Made by a program: the position numbers and the translations under genes | The notes under the pieces: generated by a model | Database searches by the model: none | What the model saw: only the letters and a program-made list of their open reading frames with translations | Told to the model about the DNA's origin: nothing | In this document: in pieces, positions 11,671 through 23,014 of the stretch | How positions within the stretch are numbered: position 1 is the first letter of the stretch | Layout of the letters: each line of letters starts with the position of its first letter | From: Eremomyces bilateralis CBS 781.70 | Taxonomy: Eukaryota | Direction: 5' to 3' (one strand) | NCBI GenBank assembly: GCA_010015585.1 | Contig: ML975161.1 | Length of the DNA stretch: 44,896 bases

Positions 11671-13083
11671 ATGCCAGTAAAGCCACGACCTCTACCCTCT
11701 GAGTCTGAATCCGACTCTGATACGGAGATCAACACGGAAGAGGCCTCATCGGATTCCAATCAAGAATCAAACAGCGATGCCGAAGAGTCTGGGTTTGAAA
11801 ACTCGACTGACTCCTCTGGAGATGAAGCAGATATCAAGCCGCCGCCCAAATCCAAACCAAAAGTGGTCGTGGACCACGCTCAACCATCCACAGGGATGGA
11901 CCACGTTCCTGAATCCAGAAACTATGGTGCCAACTCGAAAGAGGTATGCCTTCGCACCATCCTACAGATAAGGTCAGTACAAGAACACATGGCGCTAACG
12001 TCTCTTGAACCCACAGACATCGAACCCACCAAATGCTAATTATGCGTCTGAGTTTGACCAGAACAAGCGCAAGAGGGCCGAGGAACATGTCATTACCGGT
12101 TCTACTAAGAAAGCAAAGCGAGCCGACCCGAGCGGAACCGGTATGGACCTTGTGGGGGGAGCAATCACCACCGGAGATGGCACTGGACCCTCCGTCACTG
12201 GGGAATCCATGGCCTTGCCGGAGCTTCGTGCTCAAATGTTGGCATTGTACCCACAACTAAAGTTTCTCGAGGGAGTCTCCGATCATCTCCTTGAACCACG
12301 GTCAACACATGCTACGATGGACTTTGCGCACCGTCTCAAAGTTGAGAGCCGTGTCCAGGTGCTGGAAATATTCACGCGTCACATTTTTGCGGAACTCGAA
12401 CAGTCGCGCGACGTTCAAGAGAAGCTCGCTTCGAGGTTACAGGACGCATCGCAACGAACCGATGCTTTGGAGGCCGAACATGGCAATGTCCTGTCTAGCA
12501 TCGATAACTTGAAAGAGGACGCCGCCTCTTGGATGCGACACGGACCATAGTCGTAGAATCGCATACCATTGCCAATGGGATCCGAGAGGAGATGGGTCAT
12601 TTGAAGGGAGGCATTCACGAGTCAATTTCCAACTCGGACAGGAAAAATGGAATGGCCATCCGAAGGCTCAAGGAGATGCAGATCGCTACGGCGGCCCACC
12701 TGACCTCCTTGGAGCAGTCAACGACGCAACTGGACCGTGAAGAGGCGTATGAATCCGAGGAGGAAGTCAGGTTCATGGTCGAAGACCTCCAAGACCAGAT
12801 GGCGGCAGTGGAGGAGACGAATGGGGAGCAGCAAACGAAGATGTCTCGCGTTGTCGAGAGCCTGGACGTACTTGACCGCGAGGACCTTCCCGAGCGGATG
12901 ATGGCAGTAGAGGAGGTGACTGGGGAGCAGGGAACCAACGTGTCCCACGTTGTTGAGCGCGTGAACCTTCTTGCTCGCGACAAAGATACGTATGAGGCTG
13001 CGTTGGCGATGGAAAGCAATTTGGATCACATCAATCGTCGCCTCAACTTTGCTGAAAAGGGGCTGAGGGACGTGCAGAGGTAG
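11671..13083 (+). pseudogene. Acidic/coiled-coil hypothetical protein gene with an apparent 1-nt frameshift near 12529 (pseudogene or sequencing error)
   Basis: ATG 11671 follows a pyrimidine-rich leader. Intron 11944-12016 (GTATGC..CTAAC..CAG) joins ORF 11671 to ORF 12005 in frame. That frame stops at 12550, while a coiled-coil-like ORF continues in another frame (12529..13083) with no consensus intron to bridge them. Confidence 0.6.
12799..12996 (+). repeat. Two diverged 99-nt (33-aa) tandem coding repeats
   Basis: MAAVEETNGEQQTKMSRVVESLDVLDRED (starts 12799) vs MMAVEEVTGEQGTNVSHVVERVNLLARDK (starts 12898); similarity is also visible in the DNA. Confidence 0.8.
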
Positions 13084-14179
13084 GTGCATGGACATCGCGA
13101 CTATACTAGGGAAGAGGAGGCCACTCCAAAGTCCAAATGGTGAAGAGCAAACTGCTGAGGCTTGAATGGACATGGTGAGATGAGACCAGCTTGGACTGCT
13201 GGTCAATTTTCGGTCTGGTTCAATGATTCTTCTCGGTTTCGGTTCTTTCAGCGGCGTCAGGTGGTTTATTGATGTGACGTATTATTGATTGTTACGGCGT
13301 GTCAATCAATCACGGAAGCAATAGGTTACCTGTCGCAGGCCGAAACAACTCTGCACGGCCAGGGAACCAGGCATTGAGATAGAACACACAACTTACACAC
13401 TACAACTCTGCTGCTTGATCATCAGATCACCCTGACTTCCAACCATTTTAGCACTTCCCATGCGACAGTACCTGACGGAGGCAGTCAGATGCTTGTAGTA
13501 CATTACACCTCGGAGGGTAGATATAATGTACTCATATACCCAGGTTTATGTAAGCTACCAGACAGAATGCGAAGGGCTGATGGCTAAGTAATAACCTCTG
13601 ATCTCCGACACGCATACACACCACATTCCAACTCGATTTCTCCAGGAGCTTGAGGGTGACAGCCATCATGTTCATGTTATTGCTGATAATAGTTGCCAAG
13701 AGCTGCATCGTAGCACTTAAGCATTTACGCCATGGCGCTTGAACAGTAGCAAATAGCAATCCTTCCAGGGGACGCGCGGCGGCAGTTGGATCGGCGCCCA
13801 GCGTCCGTCGCGTTGCAAATCCATTAATATTATTGCTTCACCTTCCGTCGTTCCCGGCTCCAATCTTCCAAGTATCCACTGTCCAAGAGTCCGACCACCA
13901 GTGCCATCTCTAATCTCTGTTATCCTCTTGTCTAATTCTCATAGGTAAGCACTATGATTCCTCTCCGAGTCAATCCTCGCCTGCAGTCTGGTTCGTGGTT
14001 GGAACTCTCTCTTTGCCGAAGTTCATGTTGGCTTTTGACACCTTCGTGCTCTTATATCCCTCCGTTTGCTCTGTGTATGCTTCACGATGCCTTGAATTTC
14101 GTTGGTGCCTTTCCGCAAAGTAGCCCGACGTGCGGCCGTTATATATCCTTGTGGTGAGGGCTGTCGTCACGCTGTTACG

Positions 14180-15766
14180 ATGGGGTTTCGCTCCCTGTAT
14201 CAGATGCAGTCGGTTTCGAATTGGCCCATCCGTGGGGTCGGCCTGCTACTTCCAAGCTTCCTACAGGCACGAAATGCCGACGAGGAATCGGCCTCGAAAC
14301 GACGACATGCGAATGCCGCCTTGGATGGCCTCCGAGGCATGGCTGCCCTTTTCGTCTTCTTCTTCCACATCCTCTTTTCCTACACCGACCGGGTCGAGTA
14401 TGGCTACGGCAGAGACGAGCGGAACACCCATCTTATTCAGCTCCCGTTCCTGCGGCTCCTGATCGCTGGTCATGCTATGGTCGGTGTCTTCTTCGTGGTG
14501 GGAGGCTATGTCTTCTCCCTCAGGCCATTGCGCTTAATGCGAAGTCGGACCTATGACCGTCTGTACGAGACCGTGGCCTCCTCGTTATTCCGGCGTGGGA
14601 TCCGCCTCTACCTTCCTGCGATCGCGGCCACGTTCCTTACGATGATGACGATACATTTGGGCCTCTGGGAATACCCCCGCCAATTCGCAGACAGCAAAGA
14701 TTACGTTTTCTATGCGGACAATCACCACCGGCAGTTCCCCACCCTATTCGAACAGGTCGACGATTGGGCACATGAGACGTGGAAGTTGACCGATATCTGG
14801 GACTACTACAACAAGGGGGTTCTGATGCCATACTACAACCCGTACGACCCGCATCTCTGGACCGTTCCCTTCGAATATCGCTCGTCCTTATTCCTTGTCA
14901 TCGTTCTGTTCGCCTTTTCGAAATGCCACACGCCGTTGCGAATCCTCTTCATGATTTGTGCTATATATTTCTGCGGCATGTGGGATCGCTGGGAGATGGT
15001 TTTGTTTCTATCTGGAACCGTACTGGCGGAAATCAAGCTGATCGGGGAGGCAGCTGACTTGGATGGTACATCGGCTCAAACGCCCCAGCCAATGTCTCTT
15101 GAATTGGTGTCTTCGCATTATTCTAGCAGCGCACTTGCAGAGCCGCAGCCCCCCCACTTTGGGCCGGTGCCGGACAATGAGCAGTGGACTCGCTCGAGTT
15201 GGCTAAGGGGTTTCAGACTAACGACTTCCAGGAGATGGTTTCAGCTGGGGGGATTGGATTTCCGCTTTCCGCAGCTGCCTGGCGGGTTACAGATAAGGCA
15301 TCTTCTTTCATTTGTCGCATCTCTCTACTTGCTATCGACGCCGAACTTGGATGTCGCGGAGACTCCAGGATATCGGTATCTCTCTTCATACACTCCTACG
15401 ACGTATACCGACGAGAAGAGATTCCTGCAAGGGCTGGGAGCGACCCTCCTGGTCTACACCATCTCCAACTCCGGCGCACTGCAAATACCCTTTACTTCTC
15501 ATTTTGCGCTTTACATGGGGCGAATCTCCTACAGTTTCTATATCGTTCATGGTCCCTTGATCCACATTGTCGGCTACAGCGTGACACCCACGATCTGGAA
15601 CTGGATTGGGATGGAAGGCGCACGATGGTGGATTGGCCTGCTTCTGGGAAGCGTCGTCCTCGCAGGATGCGTATTTTGGGTGGCCGACGTCTTCGAATCG
15701 CTGGTCGATCGGTCGGCTGGGAAACTTGCTCGCAAACTAGAGACCTGGGCTACAGGCGCGGATTGA
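14180..15766 (+). CDS. Acyltransferase family 3 (OafA-like) multi-pass membrane O-acyltransferase, similar to fungal hard-surface-induced Chip3-type proteins
   Basis: AT3 motifs ALDGLRGMAALFVFFFH, GHAMVGVFFVVGGYV, RRGIRLYLP, HLWTVPFEY, GRISYSFYIVH; many hydrophobic segments. Start is ATG 14180 or 14204; the ORF-track start at 14102 is non-ATG. Confidence 0.9.
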   Translation: MGFRSLYQMQSVSNWPIRGVGLLLPSFLQARNADEESASKRRHANAALDGLRGMAALFVFFFHILFSYTDRVEYGYGRDERNTHLIQLPFLRLLIAGHAMVGVFFVVGGYVFSLRPLRLMRSRTYDRLYETVASSLFRRGIRLYLPAIAATFLTMMTIHLGLWEYPRQFADSKDYVFYADNHHRQFPTLFEQVDDWAHETWKLTDIWDYYNKGVLMPYYNPYDPHLWTVPFEYRSSLFLVIVLFAFSKCHTPLRILFMICAIYFCGMWDRWEMVLFLSGTVLAEIKLIGEAADLDGTSAQTPQPMSLELVSSHYSSSALAEPQPPHFGPVPDNEQWTRSSWLRGFRLTTSRRWFQLGGLDFRFPQLPGGLQIRHLLSFVASLYLLSTPNLDVAETPGYRYLSSYTPTTYTDEKRFLQGLGATLLVYTISNSGALQIPFTSHFALYMGRISYSFYIVHGPLIHIVGYSVTPTIWNWIGMEGARWWIGLLLGSVVLAGCVFWVADVFESLVDRSAGKLARKLETWATGAD

Positions 15767-16168
15767 GGCTGAGGAAAAAATGGTTTAGAATAAACAACAG
15801 GGAAACCTATGGACTGGGCATGATATCCTGCGGAGTTTGGTGTTTTGCAATATTAGACGGGAGATACTAGAAGGGTCCATGAAGGACCCAAAGATACCCA
15901 TAGAACTACTTCCTGTCGAGACAAAATACCTGAAATAGGACTACCTATTTACAGATTAGATTTTACCAAGTGCCATTTCCGAATAAATAGCTGAGGTGTA
16001 CTCCGGGATATCTCCTCTCCGATGAGCACCAGAATGGAACCCTGTATGTAATTCTAACACCAAAGGTGGTCTTTGCAACCGACATCAATCATTGAGGGGA
16101 TATGCGCAATCGGCAATTCGACACGAACCTCCAACCGTTTCCCCTCCGAATTCGAAGTAGAAGGAATC

Positions 16169-17625
16169 ATGTCGCGTGCCAACCCGAATTCGACGCGTAC
16201 TCTCACGCTGCCAGAGGAGCTGGAGAAGCTCGAGCAATCTATTACCCTCACTCTCCAAGGTGCCTGGTATCTCCCACTATGACGATAATAGGTCGGCTAA
16301 CATCACGGGGCTCATAGAGATTGATCGGAACTTCAGCCGTGCACACCGTATTGTCACCACGAGCATTCTACCGGTCGTCGAGCAATATGCGAAGCATTCG
16401 GAGGCGGTCTGGGAAGGATCCAAGGTCCGCTGTTGGATCCGACGACCTCGAGCCCAAGCTAACACTCCGCATAGTTTTGGAAGCAATTTTTCGAAGCCAG
16501 CGCCAACGTCTCCTTGTCTGGATACGAAGACCCCCATAACGAAGATCATACCGGGCTGGAAGAGGACGCGGCTCTCTCCGAGGGGGACCCCAGCTATGCC
16601 ACCTCTCAACCGACCCGGCTGGACGACGATACGGAGAACGACACAATCCAAGCTTCGATGCGACGCGCCGAAAGCGAGGGAGCAGACACGGACGAAGATG
16701 ACTCGACGCTCCTACTCAGCTCTCCTTCGATCGGTAATGCACAGAGTACACCCCGACCCAGGCATCGAGCGGCGGGCAAGGAGAACACGACCATGAGAGA
16801 CGTACCTTCTCCATTCCGGAAGTCCGCCGCGAAACAGAAGACGAGCGATCTCCCATCGACGCCAGGACGTGACGTCGATATAACCGCCAGTTCATCTCCG
16901 TTCCCCATGTCCGCCCTGCAGAGCCGAGTGCTCTTCTCCGCCCGCAAGGGCACCGCACATCAGGATCCCCTTCTGCATCGCATGCTGGACAAAACCTACC
17001 GCATCGCCGCGACCCCGCACACAGCGCGCCGCGAACCCAAACCTAGCGCCGTCGTCACCCCGGGGTTGACGACGAAGACGACCCTCCCACATTGGCTGAA
17101 CGACTCGCCGGACTCGTCCCCCGCCATCGCGGCCCCGCAGCTACGCGCCGAGATCTTCGGTTCGCCATTCAAGTCCAACGCGCAGCGGACCCCGAAACCG
17201 ACTGTCCGCACCCCCGGCGTGAGCGTCATGACTCCGGGGACCACGCGGAGGCTGTCCGGGAGAGACGAGGGGACCTCCATGAGGATGGATCCGGCGGAGA
17301 GGACGGCTACGTCGCGTTTTACGGGGACGGCGAAGGCGTGGGATAGCGACAGCGACGAGGATGAGGATGGGTTGGGTATTAGTCCGCCAAAGACGATGCA
17401 GTTCCATGTGCCGCAGAGTCGTCTGCTACAAACACCTGGTGAGCGTCTAGCCTGTTTTACCTATGGCTGGGATGTGCTAACGGCGATCGAACTACAGCAC
17501 GGGAAGCCAGCAAGCGGATCGTGGAGGATTTATTGTTTACAGCGGGAGGAGACATTACCGACGAGATCGAAGATGACAGTCCGAGCGTGGTGCGAAGAAA
17601 CCACGAACTCGACGACAGCTTTTGA
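16169..17625 (+). CDS. ASK1: DASH/Dam1 kinetochore complex subunit Ask1, ~429 aa, 4 exons (16169-16259, 16318-16424, 16475-17438, 17498-17625)
   Basis: Spliced N-terminus LEKLEQSITLTLQ|EIDRNFSRAHRIVTTSILPVVEQY...VWEGSK|FWKQFFEASANVSLSGY is the Ask1 domain. C-terminal SPPKTMQFHVPQSRLLQTP|AREASKRIVEDLL. Three GT-AG introns with CTAAC branch sites; many S/T-P sites. Confidence 0.93.
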
Positions 17626-17978
17626 GGGTTGAACTCGGGGTAGGGTTCGGAACATTGGAGGACGCCTACAGCATGAGACGTTGTTCGGATGTGCGCTCTT
17701 GTCAGGCAATAAAGATCCTTGCACTATATATAAACAGAATCCTGCGATTCAGACATGCACGTCGCTATCCTGCTAAGCCAGTGACATATCCCGCCAAACG
17801 AACCGAGTCTGGATGAACCAAGGCACACGGAGCACTTCCTCCGCGTCTATTCGTTCCCCATGCTTCCAAATAGTTAAGAAATCGATGCTAAGTCTCGCCC
17901 CACCATATTTTTTACACGAGAAAAATCCATTCACGCGCTGAAGTAGACCGCCGATACCACTCGCTATTACCCATGTCC

Positions 17979-20174
17979 CTATAGCTTCGCCTTGGCCGAT
18001 TCCAAAGACGGCACCATGAGGTCGCGAATCTCGGAGGCAGCCTCGCTGAGATAGAAGCTCATGCGCTCGGAGCCGAGGTTCTTGCTGACAACGTTGAATT
18101 GGATGCTGTTTTCGTTGATCATGTAGGCGATTCTGAAAGACGCGTTAGCAGTGTTGGAAACAAATAACAACCCAGAACCACTCACCCCCATCCATCGTCG
18201 ACGACTTGGCTCCAGCCATATCCGTTGAAGTACTCGCTGCTCAGCTGGCTGCTCGAGATGCGCCAGGTCGAGCTGTAGGTGAAGGCCGGATCCTTGTAGA
18301 TTCCCGGCACCTCCTCGCCGTCCTTCAAGCAGTTCCGCAGGCCGAAGAGATGTCGGTCCACGCCGCGGCCGTCGCTGGCGTCGCTGATGTACTTCACGTG
18401 GCCGTCGAGGGCGGCACGGAACTTGGTGACGCGCTCCGCGTCCGACGCATCCGCGCTGGCCATGGCATCACAGAAGGCCACGCTCTCCTCGCTGACGGTG
18501 CGGCAGGTTTCGGTGCGGCCGAGCTGGAACTTCCGGGTAGCGGCCGACTCGTAGGTCGGGCGGTTCTTGCCGTAGAATTTGTGGTAGGCGAGCTGGATGA
18601 TCATCTGAACGTAGGCGTCGGGCGAGCACTTGAACTTCTTGATTAGGCCTTTGCCATAGCCCTGGTACGCCTGGACGCGCAGCTCGTGCATGCCGATCTG
18701 CCAGTTGAAGTGTTTCTGCGCGTTGACGATGTCCTCGTTCAGCTTCTCGTTGAGCGTGAACTTGAGCGGGGCCGGCTCGGGGAGGGTGGATCGAATGCTG
18801 GTGTCGGACAGGTCGAGGGCGTTGGTGAAGAGCAGCATGTTGGCGTAATCGTTGAGTCGGTGGGTCGGCGTTCCATCCATCATGGAATGTTCACCCATGA
18901 AGCCAGAGGTACCGTTGTCGTTGATGATGAACTGCAACGGCTTGTCGAACCAGCGGTTGCTGCCATCACCGTGCCAGTACTGGCGGCAGCGCTCCTCGAG
19001 CGTCACCGGAGAGGCATCGTCAAGGCAGACAACGAAGGAGCTGGATTCAATGGTTTCGAGGACCGACTGGTTCGTGGGATGGGCCGCGATCAGGCGCTCT
19101 CGGACCTAGGACTGGAATCAGCATCGTTGAAAAGAAGGATAGGGGCAAGGTATCTTACGTCGGTCCATGTGTCGCGATTCTCTGAAGTGAACAGACCGAC
19201 CGGGGCAGCCTTCTCGGCACGCTCGTAGATGCGGCGGAACTGCTGCTCCAGCTCGGCCGCATTCAATTGCTTACCGTCGACCTCATGCAGAACCTTGAAG
19301 AACTGATTCTTGCGAATGACAACCAAGTGAGCGTTCTTCTGGTAGTCGTATTTGACCGGGTAATCGTACGGCTTGGCAGGGACTCGGCAGACGTTGAACA
19401 TCCACTTGTAGCTCGACATGGCCATCGGCAGCTTGCGCATGTACTCCGGCTCCAGCGTCTTGGCATCCACCTGGCTCTTAAAGTCGAGAATGGCGGTCGT
19501 CATGGCGGCGGCACGCTTCGCAGGGTCCCGCCGTTTGCGGTCGTCGCGATGCGAGTAAAAGTAGCTCACGTACGGGATGACGGGATCGCGATAGCCCAGG
19601 TACGCGGAATTGTCCCACCATTCCGCGATCCAATTCCGCACGTTGGGATCGTCCCGACGCGCCACCAAGCGGCTCTGCAGCGCCTCGCCCTGCCCGCCGG
19701 GGCGGACGAACTCCTCGACGGCCTTCTGGGTGCTTTGGAATTCGGACTTGCTGATGAGAGGCCGGACGGACTTCAAATAGCGTTTGGCGGTTTCGTCGAG
19801 GGTGGGAACGGGGAGGCGGGGGAGGGAGTCTTCATAGCGGAGCATTTGACCTTGTGATAGGTCTTCCACATAGCCTGCGAAGCGGATGAGTATGCTGAGC
19901 GTCCTTATTGTGCTTCATGTGATCACGGCACTTACCCGAAGGCAGACCCGACGATTTTCTCGCTCCTTGAGGGGCCATTGCAGCGAACTGAAGGGGATTA
20001 TCAGCCAACGTTATCGTGATGGATCGTGAATCTGATGTCACGGAGCCAGGCGAAAGAGCAATCGATCAGGGTCCGACGTACCTTGGAGGCGGTTGCAGGA
20101 GTTAGATGGCGGGCAAAGAGGACGGTGGCGGCAGTACGCGGTTTTGCCAGAGCATTGAACATCCCGACCGGCAT
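17979..20174 (-). CDS. CAT2: Carnitine O-acetyltransferase, mitochondrial/peroxisomal (Cat2/AcuJ type), ~644 aa, 5 exons (20174-20082, 19987-19936, 19874-19159, 19105-18186, 18132-17979)
   Basis: LPRLPVPTL, NRWFDKPLQF, catalytic GEHSMMDG, TYESAATRKFQLGRTET, GVDRHLFGL, SSSQL motifs. C-terminal PTS1 -AKL. Four consensus introns keep the frame. N-terminal R/A/T-rich presequence lacking acidic residues. Confidence 0.96.
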
Positions 20175-20220
20175 CTATATGAAGACCTAGCAGATGAAGG
20201 AAGAGTGCACAGATGGTCGG

Positions 20221-20974
20221 CCTCGGACAGGACGTCCAGGCGATAATATGGAATGAAAGGCGGCTTTGGGTGGGTTTGGGGTAAGCTACCGTCGCAAAAC
20301 CTCGGTCGTTCGGAAGAGCAGAGAACGTGGAGAGCGAAGAAATATTACAGTCCTTGGTACCGTCAGGGGAGGCCGACCGCGGGATCGCTGTGGCTGGTGG
20401 AGGGTTAGTCTCGGAGATACAATACACGGGTTGGGGACCTACTTTACTTCTTGGTCGTTCTTCCAACTTTCATCCTTCGGTATGTATAAAATTAAAATGG
20501 GGGAAAGCGTGTCTTATAGTCTTGTTTGTCGTCGTACGGTCCGTATATATTGGTGACTTGATGCTGCCTCTGTTCAACCAGAGGAGACCGATCCCGACTA
20601 CTTGAGGGTTAGTTGGGTGAATTAGACAATTAGTTAGGTGAATCAGTCCACAGCTGAGTAATACCTAGTATTTCTTACCTTCACGTATTGCCCTTATCAG
20701 ACTAGTCGATCGTCTAGTCTCTAGTCTCCCATCCCAACTCTGAACTTTCAACTCTCAATGGCGGGAGCTCGGCTTCGGCATCAAAATATCCATAACACGT
20801 GAGCCAATGGCTATGGCAGCCTTGAGGCCTGAGGCTTAAACTGTGGCTGGTGCTGTCCAATTTCTGTCCCTCTCTTCATCCGATGTTCCTTGCCTGCATT
20901 CCACCAAATCATCAGCAATTACGGAATATTCTCAGGAGTTATTCTCCGAATCTACATCGCGATTCCGACCTCGG
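20221..20974. promoter_or_regulatory. Three CCTCGG motifs (putative FarA/FarB fatty-acid-response sites) upstream of CAT2
   Basis: CCTCGG at 20221-20226, 20300-20305 and 20969-20974. This is the known FarA/FarB (Ctf1) core site found upstream of fatty-acid utilisation genes in Aspergillus. Confidence 0.55.
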
Positions 20975-21715
20975 CACTGCGAAAATCTTGCGGATCCGAA
21001 CTTTTCTTCCATGTCCTGTGTTGACCATGCAGCCCGCGTTCCATCCGACTTATCTCACCTCACCTCACCTAGGAGGCTACATCCCTAAACGCCTTGCCGA
21101 CGTGATTCCGAACATGCTCGTCCTGCACACGGCTCTTTTCAGTAATAAGGATCATGTCGTGATGCTCGGTATCTCCAATAATGGGCTTCCATTTGCTCGT
21201 GTTCCTTGTCACGCGCCCGTCTAGTGCAGCGGATATTCCATGGTGCCATTTTCGTCCGTCCCGTGATGTGCCGTCCCATCCTCCGACCTCCCATCCGAGC
21301 TGGCCCTGCATCCAAACTACATACCGTATCTACTGCTTCTGACCACAGGGCTATATTCAAGGAGAGATGCGCCTGTAGGATATGTAGGGAGTGCTGAGTA
21401 GGGACGGTATCGACCATGATCAGCCCTGGATTAGATGGAATATGGATAGAGCGGCACACCTGCCCCCACTCCCGTCAAAGCGACGGAGCACTTCCGTAGT
21501 CGATCGCACATCTGAGAGCGTAATCACAATCACTGGTTTCAATAGAATAGAGTAAGCGTGTATAATGACATTCAGCATCGAACTTCTATGATACGCGCTG
21601 TCTTTGGACGCCCGGGCTAAGAAAAAATCTCTGTATAGATCTGGGAACCGAATCGTCCCTCTTCCGTCTTGGACCGGTCGCTCCCCTGCGTGCTTCGCCG
21701 TCCCATATTGACCAT

Positions 21716-23014
21716 TTACGGGTTCTCCTTGACGAACTGGACGCCCTTCGCGATGTTCTTGGCAAGATCGCCCAGGCACACGTCGAGTAGCTGCTGCTCG
21801 TACGGCGTGATGGTGCCGACCTCGTGGATCTTCTCCACACCGTTGGGGCCGAGCTCGACGTTGCTGGCGAAGTAATCGCATCCCTTGCTCTTGTAGAGCG
21901 GCGAGTCGACGAATGTTGGCTCCACCACGCCCTTCTCGCCCTGCGCCGCCTTGAGAAGGCTCTCGGCGAACCGAGCTCCGGCCATGGCCATGCTCAGCGT
22001 CGCTGACCCGGCGCCATCCTTGGCCTTCACGACCTCATCACCGCCGAATTGCACGCGGTTCACGTAGGCCTCCAGCTGCTCCTTCGTCAGCTCGTATCCG
22101 GCCTGCGACAACAATGGCACGATGGTCGCGCCCGAGTGGCCACCGACGACGGTGATGCTCTCGTTCGCTGGGTCGGAGCCCTTGATCTGCGAGAGGAACC
22201 GGGAGGCGCGCACGACATCGAGGGTGGTGACACCGAAGAGACGGCGCGGGTTGTAGACGCCTCGGGCCTTGAACACCTCGGCGGTGATCGGGACGGTAGA
22301 GTTGACCGGGTTGGCGATGATGAGGACATTGGCGTTGGGAGCCGCTTCGGCGGTCGCCTTGGCGAGGTCGCGGACGATGGAGGCGTTGGTATTGAACAGA
22401 TCTGTGTATCAAATATCAGCGTCGCTCCGTGGTACAGTAGTGAAAAAACTAACCATCACGGGTCATGCCAGGCTTGCGGGGGACGCCAGCGGGAATGAGA
22501 ACGACCTCAGCGCCGCTCAGGCAGTCCCTAAGGCCGGACGGGGTAGGATCATAGCCGGTCACCTTTGGAGAGTGTCAGCTATCACGGTTCCTATTCAATT
22601 GCTCGAGATATCCGTACCGTGCTCTTGGTGTTGATGTGGCCGACATCGGCAGCGACGCCTAGTGTTACAGTCAGATGATCAATCCCTCATGGTGTCGCGC
22701 CAAACTGGCCATGGATGCGCAAACGTACCAGGACCGAGGCGGATGTCGTAGAGGGCAAGCTCGGAGACGCGAGGGTTGAGCTTCAGGAGGAGAGAAAGGG
22801 GCTGGCCAATGCCACCGGCAGCACCGAGGACGGCGACTTTAGATGACTATAATCATCGTATTAGCGGATAATTCTCAATTGATAGTCCATTCGGCCGCAG
22901 GCATGCGCCAGGAAATAGTGACAGAGCGACAGGAAAAGGATGCGGTACCTGACGGGAAGAAGCCGAGAAGGCTCTCCGCTGAGCGACGTTGAAAGCTTGA
23001 CGAGCTGCAAACAT
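21716..23014 (-). CDS. MDH1: Mitochondrial NAD-malate dehydrogenase, ~339 aa, 5 exons (23014-22949, 22846-22729, 22658-22618, 22562-22454, 22401-21716)
   Basis: Presequence [90 protein letters not shown]. Four GT-AG introns give an intact frame. Confidence 0.97.

Noticed and set aside
18206..19857. Long antisense ORFs over CAT2 (similar ones over MDH1, ASK1, CSF1 and the MFS gene)
   Set aside because: Expected shadow ORFs from GC-rich codon bias; no independent coding signal.
20699..20727. Small hairpin AGACTAG-N8-CTAGTCT in a TpA-rich patch upstream of CAT2
   Set aside because: A 7-bp stem is within chance expectation, and the patch is too short to call RIP or a mobile element.
21600..21718. 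Cryptic peroxisomal isoform of MDH by stop-codon readthrough
   Set aside because: The stop is TAA-ATG, not the leaky TGA-CTA context, and the in-frame extension ends ...EIFS with no PTS1.
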